A stretch of 64,000 bases of DNA from Eutreptiella sp. 'Long Island Sound 2002' (Eukaryota; Protista; Euglenida): the NCBI GenBank assembly GCA_964036045.1, contig OZ038379.1, positions 55,118,001 to 55,182,000 on the forward strand, given 5' to 3'. The notes below the pieces were generated by a model that worked only from the letters and a program-made list of their open reading frames with translations, did not search any database and was not told the DNA's origin. How positions within the stretch are numbered: the stretch's first letter is position 1; the number at the start of each line of letters is the position of its first letter. Below are positions 62,871 through 64,000 of the stretch, piece by piece. The position numbers and the translations under genes were made by a program.

Positions 62871-64000
62871 TAATGCATGGATGGGCTATGTTTAAGGGCA
62901 GCATTCTTGGGGCACAATTCGCCAAGCATCATTGCCGGCACCTCTGACTACTGGCTTGCCCTTAATGCCCGCGAACGGTACTCCGGATCTTAATGCATGC
63001 ACACAGTACGAGGACATATGAATGCGAAACCAACTTTGTGCGACCCCCCGTTGCCCTCAGAAGCAACATCCCATCACTGCTCTTCCGCGGAGTCCGATAG
63101 CGCACCGTCCCAGTTTGAACTCCCCGAGGAGTCTTATGGACGTTCGGCAACACTCATACACACTAAGAACATTGAACAGTGAATACAAAATGAAGCACAT
63201 GGGGGAAGTACAAAACACCAATATGCACTGCTCTGGAGCGCGAAGGATCGACGGGCACCAATGCGGTGGGGATGGCGGATCATCCAGAGCGACGGACGCA
63301 AGATAGACCAAATCAGCGGGGCTGGACACAAAGATGTGCATCATGCATCATTCAAAGATAACGGGTGCAGCACGCAGTGTGACCTTGTACTCTGACTGGG
63401 GCACGGGCCACTCACGCGGAACGGGCTGTTTTGTGAATGAAAGAGAGTCACCCACGAACCCACCCCCGTTAGGGCGCATCTCATGGTTAATGGCCATGGC
63501 CAGGGTCTATTGCCACAACGGAGTGCCGAGCGACTAGCGACCAGAGAAAGTGGGATGACGTAACAAGCCTCAAGCTCGCTGATGTGAGCGACTAACGAGG
63601 AACTCCACTCCCCGGAGATGCGCAGCCATCAAACGTGACCTGTGCACCAAAAAAGTGGGATGCTTGACCACGTGATACACCAATTGCAGCAAGCGAAGTC
63701 AACACATTGGCAGCAATGGACTCATGCACCAGAGCAACCCACTATTCCATGTGGCCTTGGGAAGAATTGGTGCCTCCCAAAAAACACTTTGGCCTTGCCA
63801 TGCAGAGAATCCATCAATGCACAAAAACCATGCATAGGTCTCAAGCAGGCTAGGGTGCACTTGTCACACGCATGCACACCCCATACCCGAGAATTCGTGA
63901 AGAAAAAGGGACATGAAAAATCAGAAAATCAGGGCTCACCCGACGATAGGGGGCGACCCGCAACCAATACAGCGCCGCGAGCACCCTATGTGACACCATC

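Noticed and set aside
1-64000. Stop-codon reassignment (TAG/TAA as Gln) to explain in-frame stops
   Set aside because: Stops fall where Gln, Glu, Tyr, Trp or Arg are expected, include all three codons, and coexist with frameshifts; ordinary decay explains them.

Overview
Eukaryotic, repeat-dense DNA made almost entirely of nested, decaying transposable elements and satellites. I found no recognisable host gene, rRNA, tRNA or CRISPR array, and the taxon cannot be fixed from sequence alone. The main result is a set of TA-targeting terminal-inverted-repeat (TIR) DNA transposons. Their transposase remnants carry a D..D..CxxC..H..HxxxxH..ExxN/H motif series (complete in A and C, partial in B) of the Transib/RAG1-like (CMC-supergroup) type, and each is paired with a co-oriented coiled-coil accessory gene. 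Element A (14419-25307; 36-bp TIRs; TA duplication) splits a Ty3/Gypsy pol exactly at FLSRY/NI. It contains a transposase interrupted by a TA-flanked MITE, an open 424-codon accessory ORF, and a near-complete APE-RT-RNaseH non-LTR retroelement. Element B (26946-32283; 36-bp TIRs; TA duplication; paralogous empty site near 34035) has GT-AG introns filled with its own subterminal CTAG repeat. A third transposase/accessory pair lies at about 9100-12750. Also present: a hAT element, a second LINE remnant, a Penelope-like RT with a nearby J-domain remnant, two cysteine-protease remnants, telomere-like repeats and several minisatellites. All protein assignments are by-eye motif recognition and need HMM or structural confirmation. 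Many boundaries are approximate.
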